Shown here: positions 49,830 through 59,392 of the stretch, piece by piece | Layout: the number at the start of each line of letters is the position of its first letter | How positions within the stretch are numbered: position 1 is the first letter of the stretch | NCBI GenBank assembly: GCA_024408095.1 | Contig: JAKSVI010000006.1 | Span: 1 to 61,840 of the forward strand | Direction of reading: 5' to 3' | Length of the DNA stretch: 61,840 nucleotides | From: Bacilli bacterium | GTDB taxonomy: Bacteria; Bacillota_I; Bacilli_A; RFN20; CAG-826 | Translations under genes and position numbers: made by a program | The notes under the pieces: generated by a model | Databases searched by the model: none | What the model saw: only the letters and a program-made list of their open reading frames with translations | Told to the model about the DNA's origin: nothing

Positions 49830-51449
49830 ATGGATATCGTTATTGAATTAAAAACAAAATTACTAGAAGCGCTTAAAAAAATGGGCGTTAATTTAACTGT
49901 TGACGATATTGTAATTGAGAATAGTAAAGATTCATCTCATGGTGACTACGCGACTAATGTCGCAATGAAATATTGTAAAGAATTTCAAAAGCCACCTAGA
50001 GAAGTTGCAAATTTAATATTATCAAATTTAGATATGTCCGGAATTGATAAGGTTGAAATTGCTGGACCTGGATTCATTAACTTATTTCTTAAAAAAGATT
50101 CACTTCAAAGCATTGTAAAGACTGTCATAGAACTCGATAATAACTATGGAGCATTACCTAAGAACGGAAAGAAAATAAACGTTGAATTTGTTTCTGCTAA
50201 TCCAACCGGTGATTTACACGTTGGGCACGCAAGAGGTGCTGCTATTGGTGATTCGCTTTGTAGAATATTATCATTTGCTGGATATGAGGTTACACGCGAA
50301 TATTACATTAACGATGCTGGCAGTCAAATTAAGCATTTAGGTGAAAGTGTTTATGCCAGATATCGTGAACTTTTTGGATTAGATTTTAATCTTCCTGAAG
50401 ATGGTTATCATGGTCAAGATATTATTGATATAGCAAAAATTATTAAAGATGAAATTGGCGATGAAGCTCTCAAAATGGAAGACCCAGTTTCCTATTTTAT
50501 GAGACGCGGTCAAGATTTGGAACTTGAGAAAATTAATCGAGATTTGCAGGTTTTTCGCGTCAAATTTGACATATTTTCTTCAGAATTGAAAATCAGAAGT
50601 AACAAAGCTGTTGAGAAAGAATTGGAATATTTGAGCAACCATTTATATAGAGAAGAAGGCGCCCTTGTTTTAAAGACCACTGACTTCTTAGATGATAAAG
50701 ATAGAGTAGTTGTTAAGAGTAATGGAGAATATACATACTTCCTCCCGGATATTGTTTATCATTGTAATAAATTGAGTCGAGGATTTGATCAACTAATCGA
50801 TGTTTTGGGAGCAGATCATCATGGATATATTAATCGTATGAAGAGCGCATTAATGATGCATGGATATGACAAAGATGTTCTTGACGTTTCATTAATTCAA
50901 ATGGTTAGGATTATGAAAGATGGAGAAGAAATGAAAGCTAGTAAAAGAACTGGTAACGCATATACCTTACGTGAACTTTGCGAAGATGTTGGAGTTGACG
51001 CTGCCAGATATTTCTTTGCTATGCGAGCCTCAACTAGCCATCTTGATTTTGATATGAACCTTGCTGTTGAACAAAGCTCAACAAATCCTGTGTATTATGC
51101 TCAATACGCACATGCTAGATTATGCTCAGTTTTAGATAATTCAAGCGATATTGAAATTGATATTAGTGCGAAAAACCTAAAAGAGAAAAGTGAAATTAAT
51201 TTATTAAAATTTATACAAAATTGGCCAAATGTTGTGAAAGAGGCCAGTGATGAAAAAGCACCATATAAGATTACAAACTACATTCATTCTTTAGCGGAAT
51301 TGGTTCATGTTTTTTATACCGAATGTAGAGTAATAGATCGTGACAATTTATCCGTCACATCATCTCGTCTTGCACTTTGCAAAGCGAGCAAAATTGTTTT
51401 AGAAAATGCCTTAAATCTTGTCGGCGTTAGTGCCCCAAGCCATATGTAG
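49830..51449 (+). CDS. argS: Arginine--tRNA ligase
   Basis: Motifs HGDYATN, EFVSANPTGDLHVGH, GADHHGY and NPVYYAQYAHAR. Confidence 0.97.
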   Translation: MDIVIELKTKLLEALKKMGVNLTVDDIVIENSKDSSHGDYATNVAMKYCKEFQKPPREVANLILSNLDMSGIDKVEIAGPGFINLFLKKDSLQSIVKTVIELDNNYGALPKNGKKINVEFVSANPTGDLHVGHARGAAIGDSLCRILSFAGYEVTREYYINDAGSQIKHLGESVYARYRELFGLDFNLPEDGYHGQDIIDIAKIIKDEIGDEALKMEDPVSYFMRRGQDLELEKINRDLQVFRVKFDIFSSELKIRSNKAVEKELEYLSNHLYREEGALVLKTTDFLDDKDRVVVKSNGEYTYFLPDIVYHCNKLSRGFDQLIDVLGADHHGYINRMKSALMMHGYDKDVLDVSLIQMVRIMKDGEEMKASKRTGNAYTLRELCEDVGVDAARYFFAMRASTSHLDFDMNLAVEQSSTNPVYYAQYAHARLCSVLDNSSDIEIDISAKNLKEKSEINLLKFIQNWPNVVKEASDEKAPYKITNYIHSLAELVHVFYTECRVIDRDNLSVTSSRLALCKASKIVLENALNLVGVSAPSHM

Positions 51450-51468
51450 GTAAGAAGGAGAATTGACT

Positions 51469-51885
51469 ATGTCAAAATCATTAATTGAATTTGCTTATGA
51501 TTTCTTATCAAAAAGCAAAAAAGAAGTCACATTTGAAGCATTATGGGCTTATGTGAAGAAAGAAAGCGGACTCTCAGATGAAGAAGCTATGCAAAGAGTT
51601 GGTCGTTTCTATTCTAATCTTATGTTAGATGGAAGATTTGTTACTCTCGGAGAAAATATTTGGGATCTTAGAGTAAGACATACATTTGATAAAGTTCATA
51701 TCGACATGAGAGATGTGTACTCAGATGTTGAAGAAGGCGATGGCGACGAAGAAGAGGATGCAGAAGAAAAAGAATACAACGATGCATTCAAAGAGCCTGA
51801 AGAAAAATCTGATGATGCTGAAGAAGAAACAGAGCTCGAAGAGGATGAAAACAAAGATAATGACTCATCTAATGGTGTCTATTAA
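51469..51885 (+). CDS. rpoE: RNA polymerase delta subunit
   Basis: Motif FYSNLMLDGRFVTLGENIWDLR and an acidic C-terminal tail. Follows argS. The start could alternatively be TTG 51463. Confidence 0.92.
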   Translation: MSKSLIEFAYDFLSKSKKEVTFEALWAYVKKESGLSDEEAMQRVGRFYSNLMLDGRFVTLGENIWDLRVRHTFDKVHIDMRDVYSDVEEGDGDEEEDAEEKEYNDAFKEPEEKSDDAEEETELEEDENKDNDSSNGVY

Positions 51886-52814
51886 TGTTTGAAAAAATTC
51901 TTGAACAAATTGAAAAATATGATGTCATAACAATTCATGGACATGTTTTTCCTGATGGCGATTGTTTTGGCTCTCAAATAGGTTTAAGAAATTGTTTAAG
52001 AAAAAAATATCCTTATAAAAAGATATTTGCAGTCGGTAGTGGACTACCAGCATATTTTGATTTACTAGGACGGATAGATGCTGTTAGTGATGAAATTATC
52101 GAATCATCACTAGGCATTTTATTAGATGGTAATGATATTGGTAGAATGGAACTTTCTTCAAAATTAAGTAAGGCTAAAGCGTTTGCAAAGATTGACCATC
52201 ATATTGACGCTCATACATTTACAGAAGGTCCACAAGTAGTTGATACAACATGTAATTCTTGTTGCGAATTAATCACACATTTTATTCAAGAAAATAATCT
52301 TCCGATTGATAAAAGTGTATCAAATCCCTTGTTTTTTGGTACATTAACAGATTCTGATAGGTTCAGATTTTCAAGCGATTTTGCAATGTCATTTAGGGAT
52401 GCAGCCTATCTCTGCGATAATGGAGCAGAGCCATCTAAGTTAATCGCTTCATTGAGTCAAGTTAACGAAAGCAGCCTTAAAGTTAAAGCATATATTTTGT
52501 CTCATTACCAAATAAGCAAGAAAGGTATTCTATATTACATTTTGGCTCAAGAAGAAATCACACAACTTGGTTCTTCGATGAAAGAATGTAGCAATTCTAT
52601 TAATCTTTTAAGCAATGTAAAAGGTCATCCAATAATTGCCTCATTCGTAGAAGATCAAAATGGCTTATTTAAATTAGAAATAAGAAGTTCAAATATTGAG
52701 ATTCACGATGTTGCTTGCAAATATAATGGCGGTGGACACGCCCTTGCAGCAGGATCTACTGTAACAAAGGATTTAATTCAAAACGTATTAAGTGACTTGG
52801 AGGAACTTTTATAA
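51885..52814 (+). CDS. nrnA: DHH/DHHA1 oligoribonuclease / pAp phosphatase (NrnA-like)
   Basis: Motifs HVFPDGDCFGS, IDHH, TDSDRF and GGGHALAAG. Confidence 0.88.
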   Translation: MFEKILEQIEKYDVITIHGHVFPDGDCFGSQIGLRNCLRKKYPYKKIFAVGSGLPAYFDLLGRIDAVSDEIIESSLGILLDGNDIGRMELSSKLSKAKAFAKIDHHIDAHTFTEGPQVVDTTCNSCCELITHFIQENNLPIDKSVSNPLFFGTLTDSDRFRFSSDFAMSFRDAAYLCDNGAEPSKLIASLSQVNESSLKVKAYILSHYQISKKGILYYILAQEEITQLGSSMKECSNSINLLSNVKGHPIIASFVEDQNGLFKLEIRSSNIEIHDVACKYNGGGHALAAGSTVTKDLIQNVLSDLEELL

Positions 52815-52816
52815 AT

Positions 52817-53596
52817 ATGTGGGAAAAAGAACTTAAGGCGGCAATTGAAGCTGCTGAATTAGCAAAAAAGAAAATAATGGAGATTTACCAATCTGGATTT
52901 GACGTTGAAATTAAAGATGATAATTCGCCTGTCACTAATGCTGATAAAACAGCTGATAAAATTATAAGAGAATATTTACAAGAAAGATTCCCAACATATG
53001 CTTTTTTAACTGAAGAGAGCGATGATAATTTAGATAGACTTAACAATGATTTGGTTTGGATTATTGATCCAGTTGATGGAACAAAAGATTTTGTTGCTAA
53101 AGATGATGAATTTACAACAAACATTGCTCTAGCATACAAACATGAATTGGTAGTTGGAGTGGTAATGGCCCCTGCACTAAATGTGATATATTTTGCAAGT
53201 AAAGGAAACGGAAGTTTTGTGCAATATTTAGGTAAAAACCCTGCAAAACTCAAGGTAAATAACAAAATTTCAGATTTAACAGTGCTCACCAGTGTATTCC
53301 ATTCTAATGAAAAAGAAATGGCGTTAATCGAGAAACATAAAGATAAAATTAAGCATGTAGAAAAGATAGGTTCGTCTTTAAAACCATGTCGTATAGCAGA
53401 AGGTATGGCTGAGATAACTTATCGTATGTCTCCTAATACAAAAGAATGGGATACAGCGGCTTGTCAAATAATCGTTGAAGAAGCCGGTGGACTGTTTCTT
53501 AAGCCTGATGGAACTCCCATCAAATATAATAGGAAAGATGTTTATAATAGAGACGGATATTTAGTAATAAATCGTATGGAAAACTTCTTATTATAA
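52817..53596 (+). CDS. cysQ: 3'(2'),5'-bisphosphate nucleotidase CysQ / inositol monophosphatase family
   Basis: Motifs SPVTNAD, TEE, IDPVDGTKDF, GSSLK and EWDTAA. Confidence 0.85.
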   Translation: MWEKELKAAIEAAELAKKKIMEIYQSGFDVEIKDDNSPVTNADKTADKIIREYLQERFPTYAFLTEESDDNLDRLNNDLVWIIDPVDGTKDFVAKDDEFTTNIALAYKHELVVGVVMAPALNVIYFASKGNGSFVQYLGKNPAKLKVNNKISDLTVLTSVFHSNEKEMALIEKHKDKIKHVEKIGSSLKPCRIAEGMAEITYRMSPNTKEWDTAACQIIVEEAGGLFLKPDGTPIKYNRKDVYNRDGYLVINRMENFLL

Positions 53597-53603
53597 TAAA
53601 AAA

Positions 53604-53629
53604 ATAAAAGAGCTAGGCTCTTTTTTTAT
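53604..53629. terminator. Bidirectional terminator between cysQ and the tRNA
   Basis: AAAAGAGC-TAG-GCTCTTTT flanked by A and T runs. Confidence 0.7.
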
Positions 53630-53704
53630 TGGCTGGGGTACCTGGGCTCGAACCAGGGAATGTCGACTTCAGAGGTCGATGCCTTACCACTTGGCTATAC
53701 CCCA
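53630..53704 (-). tRNA. tRNA-Gln (anticodon CTG), CCA encoded
   Basis: Reverse complement TGGGGTATAGCCAAGTGGTAAGGCATCGACCTCTGAAGTCGACATTCCCTGGTTCGAGCCCAGGTACCCCAGCCA folds as a cloverleaf with a U1-A72 pair. Confidence 0.96.
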
Positions 53705-53708
53705 AGAA

Positions 53709-53939
53709 TTAATCTGCCAAACGGACTTCTATAACACCTGGAACTTCCTCTTGTAATATAACTTCTACTAATTCCTTAATGTCAGCATTTGCGTATGCAC
53801 AGTCCTGACAAGCGCCTCTCATTTTGACATACACAACGCCATCTTTAAAGGAGACAAATTCACAATCTCCTCCATCTTTTTGTAAAAAATGTCTTATTTT
53901 ATCCAGTGTTTGAATAATCAAAGTTTCTGTACTGTCCAT
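53709..53939 (-). CDS. NifU/Nfu-type Fe-S carrier
   Basis: Motifs IRHFLQKDGGD and RGACQDC (CxxC). Confidence 0.9.
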   Translation of the reverse strand: MDSTETLIIQTLDKIRHFLQKDGGDCEFVSFKDGVVYVKMRGACQDCAYANADIKELVEVILQEEVPGVIEVRLAD

Positions 53940-54159
53940 AATTCTTGCGACTTTGATATTAGCACAAGTTTATAGAAATGTTTAGAAAAACGAAAAATAA
54001 ATTGATATTATCCTTATTTTTAAATTAACAAATATTTTTTACAAAAAAGAGTCAGAACTATATTTTGTAATTATTTTCTTTTATTTATAAAAAAATTTAT
54101 ATAGAATAATCTAAAATAAAGAAAGGATAAGTTATCTTAATTAGATAACAGGCAAAATT

Positions 54160-56514
54160 ATGAAAAAAAGTTTTCTTAAATTAGTTTGCTTAGCTATGTT
54201 AACATTGCCTCTTGCCTCTTGTGGTCAAGCCCCAGTCCATACACATACTGCTGATGGAAAATGGCATAATGACTTAAGTTCACATTGGCATGTTTGTACT
54301 GGTAATGATAATTACATCATGGACAAAGAAGAACATACTTTCGGCGATCCAGTAATAGTTCAAGCAACATGTACTGAAGCAGGCTCAATTACTTATGAAT
54401 GTGAAGTTTGTGGAAAACGAATCGTTAATGTAATTGAACCAAAAGGACATGATTACAGTGATATTGGAGTTGATAACGACAATCACTGGGTTGAATGTTC
54501 AGTATGTGGAGATGTTGATTCAACAACATTATCTGCTCATTCTTGGTTTCCATACTTAGTTGTTACAGAAGCGACATGTACAACTCCAGGATCTGCAATA
54601 TATGTGTGTTTAGCTTGTGGTGCTTATAAGCTCGTTACAATACCTGCAACAGGTCACACTTGGAGCGAAGATTATGTACATGATGCACAAGGACATCATA
54701 TGCATTTCTGTGAAGATTGTTTAGTTTTGGCTACTGAAGATGATGGCGTAGAAGGTGGCTATGGTGATTGCTCTTTCGTAAATGGTTATGATGATCATAA
54801 TCACTGGGAAGAATGTGAAGTTTGTGGAACTATCAAAGATGGTACAATCGGACATCACACTATTTTTGTGAATAAGACTGAAGATGGACACTGGGTTTCT
54901 TGTAACGATCAATGTGGATTTGAAACAGAATTAGAACCACATAATTTCGTAGATGGTGTCTGTGATGTTTGCGGATATGAAAAAGAAATCACCTCTATTG
55001 AAAGTTTTATTAAAGAGTTAAGTGTTGGAGATAACGCAACAGTCGTAGGACAAGTTGTTTCATTGTTTAAAGAGAATCCATATCAAGGTATTTTCATTGC
55101 TAGTGGCGAATACGCTATTCAGGTATATAAATATGAAGACAAAGATGTAAAAATCGGCGATTATATTGAAGTAACTGGTTCAAAATCATTCTATAGTTCA
55201 AATAGAACAACAGAAATTGATGTTAGCAATGGTGAACTTAACATTTATTCTAAAAAGCCAGCATCATTTGTAGACCCTGTTCCTTACATCTTTAATAAAG
55301 ACACATGGGATTCACTTACAACTGGCACTACAAGTGAGACAAATTTATTCACAAATAGACCAATTCAAGTTGAAGGTATATTTAAATCTATAACAGGTCA
55401 ACCTGGATCAAATTCCACCGCAATTGTTGAAGTTGATGGTAAAGAGATTGAAGTTTATATTAAAAATTGTGTTGATGCACAAGTTGTTAATGCTTTCTTT
55501 GAACTAGAAGCAGGTGATCCAATTATGCTTGTGGGCGTTATTGCCTCCTATAATGGAAAAACTCAAATTGGTTCCCCATGTTATTTAGAGAAATTAACAG
55601 CAAACAAATTAGAGATTACAAATAAAACTGAACTTGAATCAATGAAATTCTATACAACTAATACTTTTGAAGAAGTTATGGCTTGTGTTACAGCCAATGT
55701 AACTTTCGGTAATAGTATTGTTAAAGCTTGTGATTTAGCTGATTTAACTGTACTTAGCGATGGCGGTGCCGGAGCTATGGAAGCTGGCACATATACTGTT
55801 CAACTTGGTTATAAATCATCAACATCAATTACAGATTCTTTTGTTTTTACTGTTGAAGAGGATGCTAGAGGACCTTTAACTGCTGTAAAATTAGACTTAA
55901 CAGTATTTAACGAAAAAGAATGGTTTGTTGGCGATGTGTTCACAACAGAAAGTATCGTGGTTACTGCTGAATATGAAAATGGAGATACCGCCGTTGTGCC
56001 TTATGGTTCTTATGTTGTTTCAGATGAGTTAGAAGGTTCTGTTCTCGCAGTTGCTGGTAAATTAGATTTCACCATCTCTTATACTGCTGGTGAGGTTACA
56101 AAATCCGCCTCAGCTAGTATTAATGTTAAAGAAAAACAAGAACCAGAAACAATTAGTTTTGTTGCTTCTGAACAAGGATGGACTAATGGAGATGCCGTTA
56201 ATTCCTGGACTAGTTCTGATGGTAAGGTCGAGTTATCCTTTATCAAAAATAAAGGCACCCAACCTGCTTACTATACCTCTGGTGGAGGATCCGTTAGATT
56301 ATATAATGTTAATACTTTAAAGATTACTTGTGAGGGTCTAACAAAGGTTGAATTTGTTTTTGATAGTGACAAAGATGGCACATTTAAGGATATAACAGCA
56401 GGAACTTATGTAGGCGATAAAGCTTCAGGTACTTGGACTGGTGAAGCTAACGAAGTTTCTTTTACTGTAGGTTCTGGCCAAAGAAGAATTATTTCAATGG
56501 TTTTTTATAGATAG
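54160..56514 (+). CDS. Multidomain surface lipoprotein (Cys/His repeats, OB-like and Ig-like domains)
   Basis: Lipobox LASC, repeated HW.xC..CG and ATCT..G..Y.C..CG units, and a beta-rich C-terminal half. Confidence 0.75.
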   Translation: MKKSFLKLVCLAMLTLPLASCGQAPVHTHTADGKWHNDLSSHWHVCTGNDNYIMDKEEHTFGDPVIVQATCTEAGSITYECEVCGKRIVNVIEPKGHDYSDIGVDNDNHWVECSVCGDVDSTTLSAHSWFPYLVVTEATCTTPGSAIYVCLACGAYKLVTIPATGHTWSEDYVHDAQGHHMHFCEDCLVLATEDDGVEGGYGDCSFVNGYDDHNHWEECEVCGTIKDGTIGHHTIFVNKTEDGHWVSCNDQCGFETELEPHNFVDGVCDVCGYEKEITSIESFIKELSVGDNATVVGQVVSLFKENPYQGIFIASGEYAIQVYKYEDKDVKIGDYIEVTGSKSFYSSNRTTEIDVSNGELNIYSKKPASFVDPVPYIFNKDTWDSLTTGTTSETNLFTNRPIQVEGIFKSITGQPGSNSTAIVEVDGKEIEVYIKNCVDAQVVNAFFELEAGDPIMLVGVIASYNGKTQIGSPCYLEKLTANKLEITNKTELESMKFYTTNTFEEVMACVTANVTFGNSIVKACDLADLTVLSDGGAGAMEAGTYTVQLGYKSSTSITDSFVFTVEEDARGPLTAVKLDLTVFNEKEWFVGDVFTTESIVVTAEYENGDTAVVPYGSYVVSDELEGSVLAVAGKLDFTISYTAGEVTKSASASINVKEKQEPETISFVASEQGWTNGDAVNSWTSSDGKVELSFIKNKGTQPAYYTSGGGSVRLYNVNTLKITCEGLTKVEFVFDSDKDGTFKDITAGTYVGDKASGTWTGEANEVSFTVGSGQRRIISMVFYR

Positions 56515-56533
56515 TATCTATAAATTAATTAAT

Positions 56534-56561
56534 AAGGTTGAGACATTGTCTCAACCTTTTT
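56534..56561 (+). terminator. Intrinsic terminator
   Basis: AAGGTTGAGAC-ATT-GTCTCAACCTT-TTT. Confidence 0.8.
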
Positions 56562-56611
56562 TATACAATAAATTTTATTTTAATAAAAAAATATATGATA
56601 TAATAAGCAGC

Positions 56612-57724
56612 ATGATAGAGATTACAAATTTATTTCTTAATAAAGAAAAACATCAATATAACAACACGTTCAATAAAGGACTAAATTTAGTTGATTATAA
56701 CGATAAAATCATTTTTGATTTATTATCTTTAAAGGAATTAGCAATTAAAGATGGCAAAATTGATATTGATGGTTATTCATTCTTTCCTACTACGGATGAT
56801 GAGCAGTCGTCGATATTTTCTTTAACTATTAATTCTTCTAGTGCCGTCATTGCATCTATATTTGTAGTAAAGAGTGATGAAAAGAAACAAAAGGTTGAAT
56901 CACTTAAAACTAAATTGCTTATCTTAAAAGATATTGTCCCATCAAATAACGAAGAACACGCTTCTAAGATTGATAAAATTCTTAGTATTTTAATTGAAGA
57001 GTCCGCAAACTATGTTTTAATTGATAAAAATAATAAGGTAAATATTCAGAACGATGATGTGATATTTAAATCAGAGAAGCTTGGAAATTTAGTTTGCATT
57101 GTTTTAGATAAAGAGGCGGTTATTGAAAAGCCAGTTGCTGAAAAATTTAGTTCTGAAAAATCAAATGCTGAAGCACCTAGTGGTGAATTAAATTATTATG
57201 ATGATGGTTTCATTGAATTTAAAGAGTTTGATAATCACAAAATGGCACTCAAATCTTATTTTAAATTAAATATCAAAACATTCGCCGTATTATTAATCCC
57301 AATTTTAGGTGTTATTGCATTCGTTTTGAGTACTCCATATTATTTTGCATTTGCTAATTATACTGTTGGTGGGTTTTTTATTGCAGGATTAGTTATATGT
57401 TCTGTAATACTTTATATTTTTGAAATTAATATGTTTGATTTCTTTAAACATAAAGATGACAAAAATCTTAAAAGAAAATGGATTTATGCCTCCATTAGCC
57501 ACGTTGTCACATTAATTGTCGGTACTGGAGCTGGTATTGGATTATTTTTCTTAATTACTCTTCTAGATAAAAAATTTGATATTGCTAATTATTCAATAAG
57601 TATGATTCTCCCAACTATTATTATGTTTATTGTTATATTTTTAATTCCTTTATATGTTAAATATTTACGATTAGTTGTAGATAAAATTACCTCATTATTT
57701 AAAAAGAAAAAGAAGAACGATTAA
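56612..57724 (+). CDS. Hypothetical membrane protein (soluble N-terminal domain, 4 C-terminal TMs)
   Basis: Start reassigned to ATG 56612 because the ORF-track start lies inside the terminator. Four hydrophobic helices at the C-terminus. Confidence 0.6.
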   Translation: MIEITNLFLNKEKHQYNNTFNKGLNLVDYNDKIIFDLLSLKELAIKDGKIDIDGYSFFPTTDDEQSSIFSLTINSSSAVIASIFVVKSDEKKQKVESLKTKLLILKDIVPSNNEEHASKIDKILSILIEESANYVLIDKNNKVNIQNDDVIFKSEKLGNLVCIVLDKEAVIEKPVAEKFSSEKSNAEAPSGELNYYDDGFIEFKEFDNHKMALKSYFKLNIKTFAVLLIPILGVIAFVLSTPYYFAFANYTVGGFFIAGLVICSVILYIFEINMFDFFKHKDDKNLKRKWIYASISHVVTLIVGTGAGIGLFFLITLLDKKFDIANYSISMILPTIIMFIVIFLIPLYVKYLRLVVDKITSLFKKKKKND

Positions 57725-58473
57725 TTCTTCTTTTTTAATTCTTCATTTGCCTCATGAACTGAAGCTATTAATTTATGTTCGCTTTTAACTTTGTCCATTA
57801 GTTTAATTAAGGCTTTTACATCTTTAGGAAAACAGCTTCCTCCATAACCTCGATTATTTTCGTATACATCTACATGGCTCTTGCCAATTCGATTATCTAA
57901 CATAAATAGATTTTTAACATTATCGTAATTAATATCTAATTTTTCACAAAGATCAAAAATTTCATTGCAGAATGTGACCTTAGTAGCTAAGAACGAATTA
58001 CACATGTATTTTGCCATTTCAGCTTCTTTTGAAGTGCTCTCATATATTTCGCCCTTAAAATCTTTGTAAACTTTTCGAGCTTTAGAGACACTTTCTTTTG
58101 TTCCACCTAAAGTTATCCAGGACATCTTACTCTCATCAGCGTATGGATGATTTTTGGTTTCTCCATAATATTCAGGTTGGAATACTATGTTTTTATGATA
58201 TTTTTTGACCATTTCATCAGTGAATCCAACAATTACAGTGCTTCGAATTATAAATAAATCAGAATCAAATTCGCGTATTACACTTTCAACAATAGAGGTA
58301 TCGCAGCTACCATCTGGTAAACTAGGAGTGGGGACCGAAATAAATAAAGCATCAAGATTTTTTAAATCTGATTTTTTGCCTATATTTAAATAAGGATCAT
58401 AAATAATAGCATCAGGGAACAATTTATGAACGCTCTTACCAACGTGTCCGTATCCAACAATTGCAATTTTCAT
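57721..58473 (-). CDS. UDP-glucose/GDP-mannose dehydrogenase family protein (short)
   Basis: Motifs VGYGHVG, SVPTP, RSTV, AEMAKYMCNSFLA and catalytic GYGGSCFPKD. Confidence 0.85.
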   Translation of the reverse strand: MKIAIVGYGHVGKSVHKLFPDAIIYDPYLNIGKKSDLKNLDALFISVPTPSLPDGSCDTSIVESVIREFDSDLFIIRSTVIVGFTDEMVKKYHKNIVFQPEYYGETKNHPYADESKMSWITLGGTKESVSKARKVYKDFKGEIYESTSKEAEMAKYMCNSFLATKVTFCNEIFDLCEKLDINYDNVKNLFMLDNRIGKSHVDVYENNRGYGGSCFPKDVKALIKLMDKVKSEHKLIASVHEANEELKKKN

Positions 58474-58474
58474 A

Positions 58475-59344
58475 TTATAACTTTATCACTTTTTCGTAAG
58501 CTTCGAGAGCGTTATTTAAAAAGAATGTAGCAACATCCATGAAATTATATCCATGAATTTTACCTTCGCCTCTATAATGTTTTGTTAATGCAACGTTATA
58601 CCACTGTAAAGAAATGAATATTCTCCACAAGTAATAAACTCTAATTTGTTCATTAGATGGCTTATTATCAAAATATGCATCTAGAAGTTTTCTGCCTTCT
58701 TCAACACTTGTATTACCGAAACAAGCAATATCATAAATTTCATCATTGTTACCCATGAATTCAAAGTCAATTAAATGATAGGAATTTTCGCCTTTTATGA
58801 TATTACTTCTTTGTGCATCGTTATGCGAGAAAACTAATGCCCTTTTTTCAAGATATTCTTTATGAGAAAAAAGATAATTTCTTAAATTTAAATAGGGATT
58901 TGCATGGTTTTTCACATAAATTAATGCATTTTTCTCATATTCTAAAACAAATCTTTTGAATGGTTGATAGTCCGAATTTGAGACTTTTTTAGATGAATGA
59001 AGAGTATGAAATATTTTTGCAACTTCACTATAATTCCATGAATCAACTTTATCTAAGGATTGGCCCTCAATATATTCATTTGCTTTTATACCTGTATTAG
59101 GATCAAAATAGACATTATTAGATGTTATGCCTAATTCTATAACAATTCGCTGGTTATCTCTTTCCAAAAATCTATCTACCATCTCGTTAGCTTGTTCGGT
59201 TGGAATATATAATACAAATTTCTTTTTGTTTTTATCTTGTACAACAAAAGATGAATTCATCATTCCACCCATTAAAGGAGAGATGATTGAAGAGCCTTCG
59301 CCTAGTATCATGTTTAGCAGATTGTGTATTTCATCATTTGACAT
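58475..59344 (-). CDS. Choline/ethanolamine kinase family phosphotransferase (LicA-like)
   Basis: GGMMN, Brenner-type SHNDAQRSN and LIDFEF motifs. Confidence 0.8.
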   Translation of the reverse strand: MSNDEIHNLLNMILGEGSSIISPLMGGMMNSSFVVQDKNKKKFVLYIPTEQANEMVDRFLERDNQRIVIELGITSNNVYFDPNTGIKANEYIEGQSLDKVDSWNYSEVAKIFHTLHSSKKVSNSDYQPFKRFVLEYEKNALIYVKNHANPYLNLRNYLFSHKEYLEKRALVFSHNDAQRSNIIKGENSYHLIDFEFMGNNDEIYDIACFGNTSVEEGRKLLDAYFDNKPSNEQIRVYYLWRIFISLQWYNVALTKHYRGEGKIHGYNFMDVATFFLNNALEAYEKVIKL

Positions 59345-59392
59345 ATGAAATAGTATAGCACTTTAAAAAATATTTATTTACAATAGAGTTGT

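Noticed and set aside
54230-54980. Possible multiheme cytochrome (many CxxC and His residues)
   Set aside because: No CxxCH motif is present; the motifs are mostly CxxCG with His upstream.
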